NCBI GenBank assembly: GCA_950097015.1
Contig: CATNEN010000003.1
Coordinates: 14,570,001-14,634,000, forward strand
Length of the DNA stretch: 64,000 nt
Reading direction: 5' to 3'
DNA from: Macrostomum hystrix
Taxonomy: Eukaryota > Animalia > Platyhelminthes
Below the pieces are notes generated by a model, which saw only the letters and a program-made list of their open reading frames with translations, made no database searches and was not told where the DNA came from. Within the stretch, counting starts at the first letter, position 1. Every line of letters begins with the position of its first letter. Shown here in pieces: positions 35,696-45,452 of this stretch. The translations under genes were made by a program, and so were the position numbers.

Positions 35696-36300
35696 GTGGG
35701 GACGTTTTCGTCTGTTCCTAATTAAGCTATTCGGATTTTTTGGGAATAAATTATTGAATGTCACAACCTAAAATGATCTATTATGTGACCAATAATTATT
35801 TTACTTTTCATAGACAAACAATGAACTACAAACGTTTAACGATCTAATGGCCTACATGAAAGACTTTTAGAATAAATTAAATATAACAAACGATTTCAAA
35901 GTTAAATGAGCCTTTATCTCCTCAAAAAAAATACAATATTTCTCGCTGCTTCTTATATCATCTGCGTTTTTTGTTTCAAAATATAACAAAAACACCTTTA
36001 AACACTTGCTAAGACGATTGAAACACTGGGATATTTGTTGGGACACTGACACATTTATTTGGTAAGATAATTGCATGCAAAGACAATCCGTTGCTTAGAT
36101 TGCGAAAAGAATAAAACTGTGTGCCAGCGTTTTTGTTAAAGTAATTAATCACACTTATTCAAATTAAAAATGGAAAGTAAGACAAGAGAAGGTATGTACT
36201 AACTAAGATAATTATTAAAAAATAATATTTAACTTTTATAATTCTAAAATATTTAAATATATAAAAATATAAAAGTAAAAAAAAAATAAAATATAAATAT

Positions 36301-36970
36301 TGTTGTACCTGTGGTAGCGTGGCACACACAATTGGTAAAAATAACCAAGACAGGAACTAGATTCCGAGAGAGAGAGTATCCGGCCTCACACTCAGATGCT
36401 TCCTAGCAGAAGAACAATCCGGTAGTCAGGCTTAGACAGCTAAGTTCTCTCGGGACTTCTTCTACCTAGTCCACGTTCTAGCTAAACTCACAGATCTTAT
36501 GCTAGATCGGGTGACACACCAAGCTTCTAAATGCAGTGTGTGACCTAGACCAACAAGAATTGTCTAAGATCTTTAGAGAGCCAAAAGAATGGACACAGAA
36601 AGTAATCACAAACTGTTCCGAGCGGGATGAAGACTGGAGACAAGAAACGTGCCATATTCATACAGAAAACGTGCTACCATGATAACAACCCCATCTCAAG
36701 GATTCGTCGGACTGTGCTCTACTTATAGTAGGAGCATTTGAGCGTTGTTCTGCCAGTCTTCTTCCGAACTTAAGCGATTGCACCATGGTGTGCAATGTGA
36801 CTCAGTGCGCAGACAGAGCTGGAAAGAGAGAGAGAAAGCGCGGAGGGGGGTGGCGAGCGGATGTGACAGTGCACGGGAAACACTAACTACCAACCCTAGC
36901 CCTCCCACAGACCTAGAACAGCCTGACTCACAGATTGCCTGGAGGCTGCTCAGCAGTCTACAGCACATCA
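36301..36970 (-). repeat. 3' LTR
   Basis: Direct repeat of 44783-45452; preceded on the minus strand by purine tract ggaggagaa (36971-36979). Confidence 0.97.
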
Positions 36971-37406
36971 TTCTCCTCCAGCTAAAGGATGACGGTCAAC
37001 ACCGGCTGGCCGTCAGCCGCACTTAAACCAAAGACTCAGGTAAGCACCTTCTCTTCCTTGTATTTACGCACAACTGTCACACTGAACGAATCGGCCATAA
37101 ACAGGCACTGCCATCAAATCAAATGTATCCATGGCGCATAAATCAACAATCGTACATGGCGCATTAACTGCTGAATAAACAAATATATAAGACAAAAAAA
37201 CACACTACAACGGCAACCGTAGGCCAAGAACATCAATGTGAAAATTAAATGCTCATGGCGCCTAAACAACAGAAACTAGTAAGGACCTTACAAGGCTAAA
37301 CAGATAGATCGTACAAAAATCAACAAACAAACTAATAATAGCATATGCACGGGAACTAAATATCGGCGCATGCACGAATTGTGGCGCTACTGGATAATCA
37401 TGCACA

Positions 37407-38324
37407 TTAATAGTAGGCTGACATGCGCAGCATGGCCTCTGGCAGCCACCCTCCTTCCACCAGTTCGATCATGACCAGGCCATACCGGGCCACTAGCTGG
37501 TGTGGCGTCCTGGCCGGGCCATTGATGGCCACCTCAGTCCGCGCTGCTGCCTCCTGAGCCATTTCTCGCCGCGTAGCTCTCTCTTCGTTGGCGAAGGCTC
37601 TTTGTACCGCGGCAGGCCAGCCTTCATCCAGTTGGCCCCGGGCAGCACGTGCCAACGATTCGGCCACGAATTGAGTAGCCGCTTCGCGGTCTGCAGCTCT
37701 GCCCTCCCATTGGGCCCGGCGCTGCCGACGCCGCTGGGCACCTCCTCTACGCCGTCTCGGACGAGCGGCCGCGCCCAAGTCATCTGGGCTCTCTCCTGAA
37801 GATGAATCCCGAGGCGGGGACAGCTCCGCAGCCGGAGGTGCTGCTGGGCCCTCGGCGTCGGACTCGTGGCTGTGGTCCGAGTCGGGGTCTGCCACTCCCT
37901 CATCGTCTGAGGGCATTCCTTGCTGAAGGGCTGCCCACAGATCCTCGCCCGGATCCACCTGCGCCTCGTCTGAGCCGCTGCTCTCGCTGCTCAGGATTGG
38001 CCTGCGCGCTTGCGTCGCCGCTTCCGCAGTATCTGGCACCGCCTGTGTACTTTTGTGCTTTTTGTACACTGGCTCCTGGCTGTTTGCATCTCTAAGTTGT
38101 CTCTTCTGGGGCTGCTGTGAACGGGTTAAAGATGGCATGAATTGACGATGCCAATTCGGCGAGCGCTGACCCAGTGGGAAGGGCGCACTGCGGCCAAATT
38201 GGCTCCTTAACAGCTCAACCCGTTTACTCACCTCCATCGGTGCATCAATCCTGCGTGTCACTCCCAGAAGCCGTGGGCGCGTTGGCACCCTTTCTTCAGG
38301 ATTTCTATTTTCATCGTTCTCCAT
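37407..38324 (-). CDS. Extra ORF3 of the Gypsy element, 305 aa, unknown function
   Basis: Intact ORF 60 bp downstream of the pol stop on the same strand; acidic/disordered middle, Arg-rich cluster, helical C-terminus; no signal peptide. Confidence 0.75.
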   Translation of the reverse strand: MENDENRNPEERVPTRPRLLGVTRRIDAPMEVSKRVELLRSQFGRSAPFPLGQRSPNWHRQFMPSLTRSQQPQKRQLRDANSQEPVYKKHKSTQAVPDTAEAATQARRPILSSESSGSDEAQVDPGEDLWAALQQGMPSDDEGVADPDSDHSHESDAEGPAAPPAAELSPPRDSSSGESPDDLGAAARPRRRRGGAQRRRQRRAQWEGRAADREAATQFVAESLARAARGQLDEGWPAAVQRAFANEERATRREMAQEAAARTEVAINGPARTPHQLVARYGLVMIELVEGGWLPEAMLRMSAYY

Positions 38325-38384
38325 CTTCTTATTTTCTTTGATTATCTTTAAGATTTGCCTTTCACCTCGCTTCGAAGAGGAAAT

Positions 38385-41300
38385 TTACTGAAACATTGTA
38401 GGTAGGCCATACATTGCTCTGACAAAATAGGACTTTCTGCTTGGATCGACCTGCAGCCTTTCCGGCTCTCGCCTAACTCTTTGCGGCCTCTGCTGCGGCT
38501 CCTGATCCCTAGCTTCACCTATCTGAGCAGCCTCACCTACACCTTCGGCCCTAACACTTTCTGCAACTTCCCCGTGCACAGAGGATGGGATAGGGGACAG
38601 GGTTGGAGAGGGCAACGGACTGTCCGACGGCAGGACAACCACATCACCATACGCCTCCCCCGCCTCTTCTCCGTTGCAGATCTCTGGACCGGCCGGTTCG
38701 TGGAGATTCGGCCTGGAAACAGCTCGTGGTCGCAGGTGCCACCTTCGAGCGCTCCACAGGCCGATCTCGTCGTCGTCACTGTCGTCGTCGCTGTCGGCAG
38801 GCTCACCGGCCGCGTCAGCTGCTGGAGGGCTACCCTTGGGTGGCCTTCCGAGCTTCCGCCGTGCCGGGTTCGCCTCTTCCGTCCTGTCGCATATTGAGGC
38901 CGGTACCGGGAGCAGGTTGCGCCGGTGGACTACCAGCACCTGCTTCCTGGCCTTCCTGGTGTTGCCGTGTCGCCTGATCTTGTACACCGTTTCGCCCTTA
39001 CACTCGAGCACTACGTAGACCGATTGTCTAGGCCGATGGAATTTGCTGATCTCGCCGGATTCGATCACCGGGTTGTTGAGCAGGACCAGCTGGCCTGGGC
39101 GGAGTGGTCTCGCCTGCGGTCTTTCTTGGTAGTGTTCTTCACGCAGCACCTGGTACCTCTCGAGCTTGTCCCGGGCACAATTGACCGCCTGGTCTATGCG
39201 CTCCTGGAAATGTCGGAGATAATCTGGCAAGTCTGCGTACTCAGCCAGCGCAGTCAACGTGTTGTCCACGGGCAGCCGGTACTCCCGTCCGAAGACCAGG
39301 AAGTACGGCGTGTACCCGGTCACAGGGTGGACACTGGTGCGCAACGCGATTAAGCACGCGGGCAGCATCAGGTCCCAATCCTTGTGATCTTTTTCCAACA
39401 AACACGTGAGCACCGACTTGATTTGGCGATTCAGGTTTTCGACCTGGCCATTGCTGGCCGGGTTATAGGGACACGTGTGCGTGTGGCGGATGCCATACAG
39501 CTTGCAGAAGTCCTCAAACTCTGCACTCATGAAGTTCGTCCCCTGGTCCGTGTGCAGCCAGGCTGGTGCACCGTACTCGGGAATGAACCTATCGAGCAGC
39601 AGTTTGATCACGGTTTTCGTCTTCTGGTTTCGCATCGGATAGGCAAACGGGTACTTCGATGTTGCATCACACAGGGTGAGGATGTACCGATGTCCTCGGG
39701 CACTTGGTTGAGACAAAGGCCCGATTACGTCGGCGTGCACCCTTCCCAAAACCTCACACACTGGATAGCTCTGCGGTGGGACTACCTCCTTCCGCCTTGA
39801 CTTGCTCTCCAGGCATGTCCTGCAACGTGCCACGTACCCCGTCGCCTCCGACCAGAGACCGGGTCTCCAGAACCTGTCTCTCACTCTCTGCACCGTCTTG
39901 GACTGGCCGAGATGACCCGCTAAGGGCGAATCATGCAAAGCCTCAAAGACGCGCGAGCCTAACGCCTTCGGTAGCACTGGTCGCGGCGGCCGGTTGTCAT
40001 CAAAGTCTATGACGAGCAACCCGTCGCGCACCTCCAGCTCCTCAAACGCACCCAGGAGGTCTCTGACCTCCTTCGGCATCTGGAGTCGCTGATCGAACCT
40101 GGGCTTGTCCCTTCCTGACAGCTTCAGTTCCGTCAGGTATCGGATTGCCGGGTCTTGGTGCTGAGCTTCTAGCAACTCAACCTGGCTAACCGGCACCTTC
40201 AGGAACTCTGTCACCACTGCTCTTACCGGAGGCAGCTCTCCATTGTCCTTGTCCTCCTTGTCCTTGGACCCAGGAGCCCTGGCAGCAGGGGGTGTCCTTG
40301 ACAGGCGAGACTGGTCGCAACGAGTCTGACAATTCCCCTCCACCTCTGCTCCCTGTCCCACGGAGAGTCCAACAGTCGGCAGGCAGGACTGGCTGCAACG
40401 AGCTAACTGCTGATCCTCCTGACCCGAGGACCTTGACACAGCGGGATCAGTCGCTCGCAGGCAGGACTGGCTGCAACGAGCCAGCGACTTCTCCCCTGTT
40501 TCCGAGAACTCCTCAACAGCAGGATTCGGTGTCTGCAGGCAGGACTGGCTGCAACGAGCGGACACCTCCTCCTCTGTCTCCGGACACACCAGAGGCTCTG
40601 GATCCGGCGCCTGCAGGCAGGACTGGCTGCAACGAGCGGGCACCTTCTCCTTCACCTCTGAGCCTTCCGCCACCACCTGAGTTTGCACCTGTGCCTTGGC
40701 ATCACAGCCCCGCACCCAGTGCTCCTCCCTTGTGGCTCCCTGGCTCCAGCTACTCTCCGTAGCTACCGTCTGCACGGCGGCGTCCACAGTCTGCAGGCAG
40801 AACTGGCTGCAACGAGCTGACTGCGGGGCCCCGTTGACAGGTGCTTCCCGCCTCACAGGCTGGCCTGCGGTCGTGTCTTCCTGACACCCTTGCAGCACCG
40901 CCTTATCTTGGCGCACTTCGACAGGCTCCAGGACCGGCTCTTCCACCAGTCCTTCAGACACAGCTGCTTCCCATCCTGGTCGGCCGTCAATGACACCTTG
41001 AGCCTTGGGTTTCACAGCTCGCAGTGGCTCTGCGGCTTCGTTGACTTCAACCTGTTTATCGTCCCTTTCCTGTCCCTCCTCCAGCTGACTCGAAAATTGG
41101 CGGGTGCAAGCACTCGCACCGAACTGGTTGTGGGGTGTCACCACCCCAAAAGAACAATTCACCGGGTTATCCGGCTTTCTCGACATCGAGTCAGCATTTT
41201 GGTGAGACTTTCCAGGACGATGAACAATGGTGAAGTCAAACTCACTCATTCTCTCAACCCAACGGCCTAAGATGCCTGTCGCCTCGGTCTGATGCATGAG

Positions 41301-43499
41301 CCACAGCAGGGCCTTGTGATCGGACCGGACAACAAACTTCTTGCCAACCAGGAAGTACCGGAAATGCCGCATCGCATCTACGACTGCCAGCAATTCTTTG
41401 CGGGTCGTAGTGTAGCGGGTCTCCGGCCCTCGCAGCTTCCGGCTGTAGTAGCCAACAGGCCTTTCTACTCCATCAGACTGCAGCTGATTCAAACAAGCCC
41501 CTATGCGGTCATCAGAGGCATCTGTGTCCAGGACGAAAGTCACCTTCGGGTCAGAGGTGTACTCCGGGTACGCCAGTACCTCCGTTGAGCACAACGCATC
41601 CTTCAATCCCTGAAAGGCTCTCTCATGCTCTGTCTTCCACAGACCCTTCAAGCTGGTAACGTCCCGCTTAGTGAGCTCGTGCAATGGTGCTGCAATCCCT
41701 GAGTAATTGCGGACGAACTTCTTGTAGTACTGTGCCAACCCCAAGAAGCTGCGCAATTCTTTGGCGCTTCGAGGTGTCGGCCAGCCTCTGAGCTCGGCGA
41801 TCTTATCCTCGTTCGTCAGGATGCCTTCTGGTGTCACCACATGGCCTAAGTAGTGCAGCTCCCTCTTGAACAGGTGGCACTTCTTCGGCTTCAGCTTGAA
41901 CTGGGCTTCACGGATTCGAGTCAGCATCATCCTCAGATGCTCCAAATGGTCGTCAAAGGTAGGCGAGTGGACGAGTATATCATCGATATACCCCAACGCT
42001 ACCTTTGGCGTCAGCCCCTCCAGCAGCTTGTTGATACAGCGCTGAAAAGACCCTGCCGAATCCGTCATGCCCATCGGCAACACAGTAAACTCAAACTGAC
42101 CTCTGTGGTGAACCGAGAACGCGGTCAGGTGTCTATCCTGCTCTCTCAGCGGGATCTGCCAGAAACCTTGTGCAAGATCGAGGGCGGAATAGTACTGCGC
42201 CCCTCTCAAATGCTCAAAGGTCTGCTGAATGTCTGGCAGCGGATAGACGTGTTTCAGGCAACGGCTATTCAACTCGCGATAGTCTAAGACAATCCTGATC
42301 GTCTTGTCTTTCTTAGGGACAATCAGGAGAGGCGTGTTGTAGCTGGAGAATGTCGGCTTGATGATGCCTTTCGCCAACATCTCATCCAGCATCTTGTCCA
42401 ACTGTTCCATCAAGTGAGGCGGGATCCTCCTCGGTGGAATGCGAACTGGAGTGGGATCTGTCACAATGATCTCATGAGTGACTAAGTCAGTGACACCATG
42501 GTCCAGGGGATGCATTGCGAATGCCTCGCGGCACTCTCTCAACATCCCCTTAACCCGATGCCTCTGCTCCTCGGTCAACCTCTCACAAATCTCCACCTCC
42601 TCTAGCCATGCCTCATCGCTCTCCAGCCCTTCTGCCTGAACCTGCCTGACCGGCGTCTCCTCTAGCTCTGGTAGATATTCGAGTTCGTCGGCCTTCAGTG
42701 GCCTCGCTAGCCCTACAAGACCATTGCGTCGAATGACCGCCGGGAAGCAAGAGGTATTGATGACTTCAACACACCCTGTTCCGTCAGCCATCGTCAGCAA
42801 TGGCGGGGCCATCTCGATCTGAGACGCCCCTGGCTTCAGTCCTGACCTCAAGGACTCAACAAGCAGCGGCGTGCCGTGACAGTCAGTCCGGCCACCCGCT
42901 AGCTTCACCGCTACGAGCATCGAAGAGCGCGCTGGCACAGTGGTCTGCTCGAGTGAGTAAACCCGACTGGCCCTCGCCTCTCGCCTCGTGAACCTCAGCG
43001 GCACTTTCGTTCCAGACTTCATGGTCAGCATCCCCTTCGGAAAGTCAATCTTCTGGGTGTGCTGGCGCATGAAATCAATTCCTAGGATGTTCTCGTGCTC
43101 GCCCTTCGTCACGCAGAACTCGACGTCTACAGCGTAGTCGCCGAGCCTGACCTCAAAGGCGACTCGCCCTAAAACCGGCAATCGAGAACCATCAAAGTTG
43201 CACAGGGCACTCTCTCCTGTCAGCACAGCGTGCGGCACTACATGCCGCAGAGATGCCCACGTCTCACTTCCAATCAGACAGCGCCTGCTCCCTGAGTCTA
43301 GGAGAAAAGGCACCGTCTTCTTGGAAACCATCGCCGTCACATAGGGGTCAGCGTTGGAGGCATACCAACGCTCGAGGAAGCTGGTACTAGGAGAGCCCCT
43401 ACCCTCTCCTCCAGCTGACTCCTCAGTCTCCCTCAGGCCCGTCCAGGAACTGGACTGCGAGGGGCACTGCCGTCCGTGCTCCTCGCCGTCCCGTTTCCC
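38385..43499 (-). CDS. pol: Pol polyprotein (protease, RT, RNase H, integrase), expressed by -1 frameshift
   Basis: FLLDSGS; LDLAQGFWQI, GYIDDILV; LDTDAS, KELLAVV, RSDHKAL; HDSPLAGH..CRTC; VHADVIG, HTDQG, NGQVENLN. The frame is uninterrupted. Confidence 0.97.
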   Translation of the reverse strand, partial: GKRDGEEHGRQCPSQSSSWTGLRETEESAGGEGRGSPSTSFLERWYASNADPYVTAMVSKKTVPFLLDSGSRRCLIGSETWASLRHVVPHAVLTGESALCNFDGSRLPVLGRVAFEVRLGDYAVDVEFCVTKGEHENILGIDFMRQHTQKIDFPKGMLTMKSGTKVPLRFTRREARASRVYSLEQTTVPARSSMLVAVKLAGGRTDCHGTPLLVESLRSGLKPGASQIEMAPPLLTMADGTGCVEVINTSCFPAVIRRNGLVGLARPLKADELEYLPELEETPVRQVQAEGLESDEAWLEEVEICERLTEEQRHRVKGMLRECREAFAMHPLDHGVTDLVTHEIIVTDPTPVRIPPRRIPPHLMEQLDKMLDEMLAKGIIKPTFSSYNTPLLIVPKKDKTIRIVLDYRELNSRCLKHVYPLPDIQQTFEHLRGAQYYSALDLAQGFWQIPLREQDRHLTAFSVHHRGQFEFTVLPMGMTDSAGSFQRCINKLLEGLTPKVALGYIDDILVHSPTFDDHLEHLRMMLTRIREAQFKLKPKKCHLFKRELHYLGHVVTPEGILTNEDKIAELRGWPTPRSAKELRSFLGLAQYYKKFVRNYSGIAAPLHELTKRDVTSLKGLWKTEHERAFQGLKDALCSTEVLAYPEYTSDPKVTFVLDTDASDDRIGACLNQLQSDGVERPVGYYSRKLRGPETRYTTTRKELLAVVDAMRHFRYFLVGKKFVVRSDHKALLWLMHQTEATGILGRWVERMSEFDFTIVHRPGKSHQNADSMSRKPDNPVNCSFGVVTPHNQFGASACTRQFSSQLEEGQERDDKQVEVNEAAEPLRAVKPKAQGVIDGRPGWEAAVSEGLVEEPVLEPVEVRQDKAVLQGCQEDTTAGQPVRREAPVNGAPQSARCSQFCLQTVDAAVQTVATESSWSQGATREEHWVRGCDAKAQVQTQVVAEGSEVKEKVPARCSQSCLQAPDPEPLVCPETEEEVSARCSQSCLQTPNPAVEEFSETGEKSLARCSQSCLRATDPAVSRSSGQEDQQLARCSQSCLPTVGLSVGQGAEVEGNCQTRCDQSRLSRTPPAARAPGSKDKEDKDNGELPPVRAVVTEFLKVPVSQVELLEAQHQDPAIRYLTELKLSGRDKPRFDQRLQMPKEVRDLLGAFEELEVRDGLLVIDFDDNRPPRPVLPKALGSRVFEALHDSPLAGHLGQSKTVQRVRDRFWRPGLWSEATGYVARCRTCLESKSRRKEVVPPQSYPVCEVLGRVHADVIGPLSQPSARGHRYILTLCDATSKYPFAYPMRNQKTKTVIKLLLDRFIPEYGAPAWLHTDQGTNFMSAEFEDFCKLYGIRHTHTCPYNPASNGQVENLNRQIKSVLTCLLEKDHKDWDLMLPACLIALRTSVHPVTGYTPYFLVFGREYRLPVDNTLTALAEYADLPDYLRHFQERIDQAVNCARDKLERYQVLREEHYQERPQARPLRPGQLVLLNNPVIESGEISKFHRPRQSVYVVLECKGETVYKIRRHGNTRKARKQVLVVHRRNLLPVPASICDRTEEANPARRKLGRPPKGSPPAADAAGEPADSDDDSDDDEIGLWSARRWHLRPRAVSRPNLHEPAGPEICNGEEAGEAYGDVVVLPSDSPLPSPTLSPIPSSVHGEVAESVRAEGVGEAAQIGEARDQEPQQRPQRVRREPERLQVDPSRKSYFVRAMYGLPTMFQ

Positions 43500-44722
43500 G
43501 ACGTCTGAGTGCCTTGGGCCTGCAGCTCGGACTGCTGCCTGGGCTCTTGCCGTTGCTCTCTCGGGTACCCCCGAGTGTGGTGCTCGTAACGCGGCTTGGG
43601 TGGCCTCGTCGGGCAATCACGCCTCAGGTGTCCGAACTTCCCGCAACCAAAGCATGCCCCTCTTGGCGGCGCCGGTCCTTCCTGCTGCACGGCTCCTTGT
43701 GGTCGGCTGAGCGCCTGGACCAGCATCTCCTGCATCTTCTGCTGATGCTGCAGCTGCTGGCCCTGGACCTCGACCATCTTGGTCATCAGCGATTCGAGTC
43801 CCTTCAGCGCAGCGGTAACACCTTGCGGTGGCGGCCGCGCATTCAGGTCCCCATCCTCGCCGTGCACCATCCGAGCCGGCCCATCCTTCGCCCTCTGGAC
43901 TGCCTCGTCGACCACCTCTAGGCGCTTTAGCTCTCGCCTAGCTTCCAGGAGTGTCCTAGGGCGAGTCCGCAGCAGGTGCTTGCGGTTCTCAACCGAAGTC
44001 CGAACTCCCTTAATAAACTGGTCGACCAACTCATAGTCCAAATCTCTTTGGCGAAGGTTGGTATAGGCCTGCTCGCCGAGTCCCTGCAACGCATCAGCAT
44101 AATCATCAAGCGTTTCCGCTTTCTTCTGATAGCGATTGCGGAACTCGTCTCGGTACTCCTCAGGGCTACTCAGCGGCGCGAATCGCTCCACAATACGCTC
44201 CTTGAACTGGGCATACGTGAGCTCTTCGGGCAGCTTCATCCTGAGGACGGCATTCAGGCACTGTACATCGAGGTGGTCGAGTAGAAGGGCCTTGCGTGTC
44301 TCCGAACTGCGAATCGCAGCCCGGGCGCAATACGCTTCAAACGCGTCCACCCACAGATGCACGTCCTGACCCCGAGAAAACTTGGCAATCTTCGCCGTCC
44401 TACCTTGTTGTTGTTCCACCTGCTTCTCCATCAGGTTGAGCATCCGGTACACCAGGTCAGCCGTCGCCCTGTCGTCCAGCCTCGGTCGTCGTCGCCTTGC
44501 TGCCGCTGCCGCTGCGCCCCAGTCGTCGTCCTCGCCGCCGGACTGGTCGTCGTCGCCGAAGTCGCTCTCGCCGTCCTCGCCGTCGCCAACACAGCCGTTG
44601 CCGCGGCCGTTCCACCGACTCCTGCCAGCCGCTTCCTGCAGCGCACAGCCACCGCGAGACTCCTTGCTCCGGGCTACCTGCTGCCTCTCCTCCCTCTCAG
44701 AATCCAATTCCTCTTGGGACAT
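43433..44722 (-). CDS. gag: Gag with CCHC zinc knuckle
   Basis: Likely start MSQEELD at 44722; capsid-like RYQKKAETLDDYADAL..LVDQFIKGV; CFGCGKFGHLRRDC. Confidence 0.93.
   Translation of the reverse strand: MSQEELDSEREERQQVARSKESRGGCALQEAAGRSRWNGRGNGCVGDGEDGESDFGDDDQSGGEDDDWGAAAAAARRRRPRLDDRATADLVYRMLNLMEKQVEQQQGRTAKIAKFSRGQDVHLWVDAFEAYCARAAIRSSETRKALLLDHLDVQCLNAVLRMKLPEELTYAQFKERIVERFAPLSSPEEYRDEFRNRYQKKAETLDDYADALQGLGEQAYTNLRQRDLDYELVDQFIKGVRTSVENRKHLLRTRPRTLLEARRELKRLEVVDEAVQRAKDGPARMVHGEDGDLNARPPPQGVTAALKGLESLMTKMVEVQGQQLQHQQKMQEMLVQALSRPQGAVQQEGPAPPRGACFGCGKFGHLRRDCPTRPPKPRYEHHTRGYPREQRQEPRQQSELQAQGTQTSGNGTARSTDGSAPRSPVPGRA
43450..43499 (-). promoter_or_regulatory. -1 ribosomal frameshift signal: G GGA AAC slippery site plus downstream stem-loop
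   Basis: Heptamer at 43493-43499 is in the gag frame (S-G-N) and links to the pol frame (G-K-R); followed by stem GGAC-GCGAGG-GCAC / GUGC-CCUCGC-GUCC. Confidence 0.85.
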
Positions 44723-44763
44723 GGCGTTCGTATCCGCAGTGAATGAGTAAAAGGCTAACTCGG

Positions 44764-44781
44764 ATCCCACCGCTGCCACCA
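44764..44781 (-). promoter_or_regulatory. Primer binding site, tRNA-Leu
   Basis: TGGTGGCAGCGGTGGGAT just inside the 5' LTR, complementary to the tRNA-Leu 3' end AUCCCACCGCUGCCACCA. Confidence 0.9.
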
Positions 44782-44782
44782 A

Positions 44783-45452
44783 TGTTGTACCTGTGGTAGC
44801 GTGGCACACACAATTGGTAAAAATAACCAAGACAGGAACTAGATTCCGAGAGAGAGAGTATCCGGCCTCACACTCAGATGCTTCCTAGCAGAAGAACAAT
44901 CCGGTAGTCAGGCTTAGACAGCTAAGTTCTCTCGGGACTTCTTCTACCTAGTCCACGTTCTAGCTAAACTCACAGATCTTATGCTAGATCGGGTGACACA
45001 CCAAGCTTCTAAATGCAGTGTGTGACCTAGACCAACAAGAATTGTCTAAGATCTTTAGAGAGCCAAAAGAATGGACACAGAAAGTAATCACAAACTGTTC
45101 CGAGCGGGATGAAGACTGGAGACAAGAAACGTGCCATATTCATACAGAAAACGTGCTACCATGATAACAACCCCATCTCAAGGATTCGTCGGACTGTGCT
45201 CTACTTATAGTAGGAGCATTTGAGCGTTGTTCTGCCAGTCTTCTTCCGAACTTAAGCGATTGCACCATGGTGTGCAATGTGACTCAGTGCGCAGACAGAG
45301 CTGGAAAGAGAGAGAGAAAGCGCGGAGGGGGGTGGCGAGCGGATGTGACAGTGCACGGGAAACACTAACTACCAACCCTAGCCCTCCCACAGACCTAGAA
45401 CAGCCTGACTCACAGATTGCCTGGAGGCTGCTCAGCAGTCTACAGCACATCA
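44783..45452 (-). repeat. 5' LTR
   Basis: Direct repeat of 36301-36970. Confidence 0.97.

Larger units (their letters stand above)
36301..45452 (-). mobile_element. Full-length Ty3/Gypsy LTR retrotransposon
   Basis: 670-bp LTRs at 36301-36970 and 44783-45452, identical by eye; TG..CA ends; TSD ATAT; PBS; PPT; gag; pol in PR-RT-RH-INT order. Confidence 0.98.

Noticed and set aside
36723-37026. Short ORFs in LTRs (also at 45205-45556 and 28197-28506)
   Set aside because: Incidental frames within LTR sequence
40301-40817. Bona fide CRISPR array
   Set aside because: Eukaryotic retroelement context, in frame within pol, no cas genes or leader, and spacers weakly related to each other; kept as a finding but not called CRISPR
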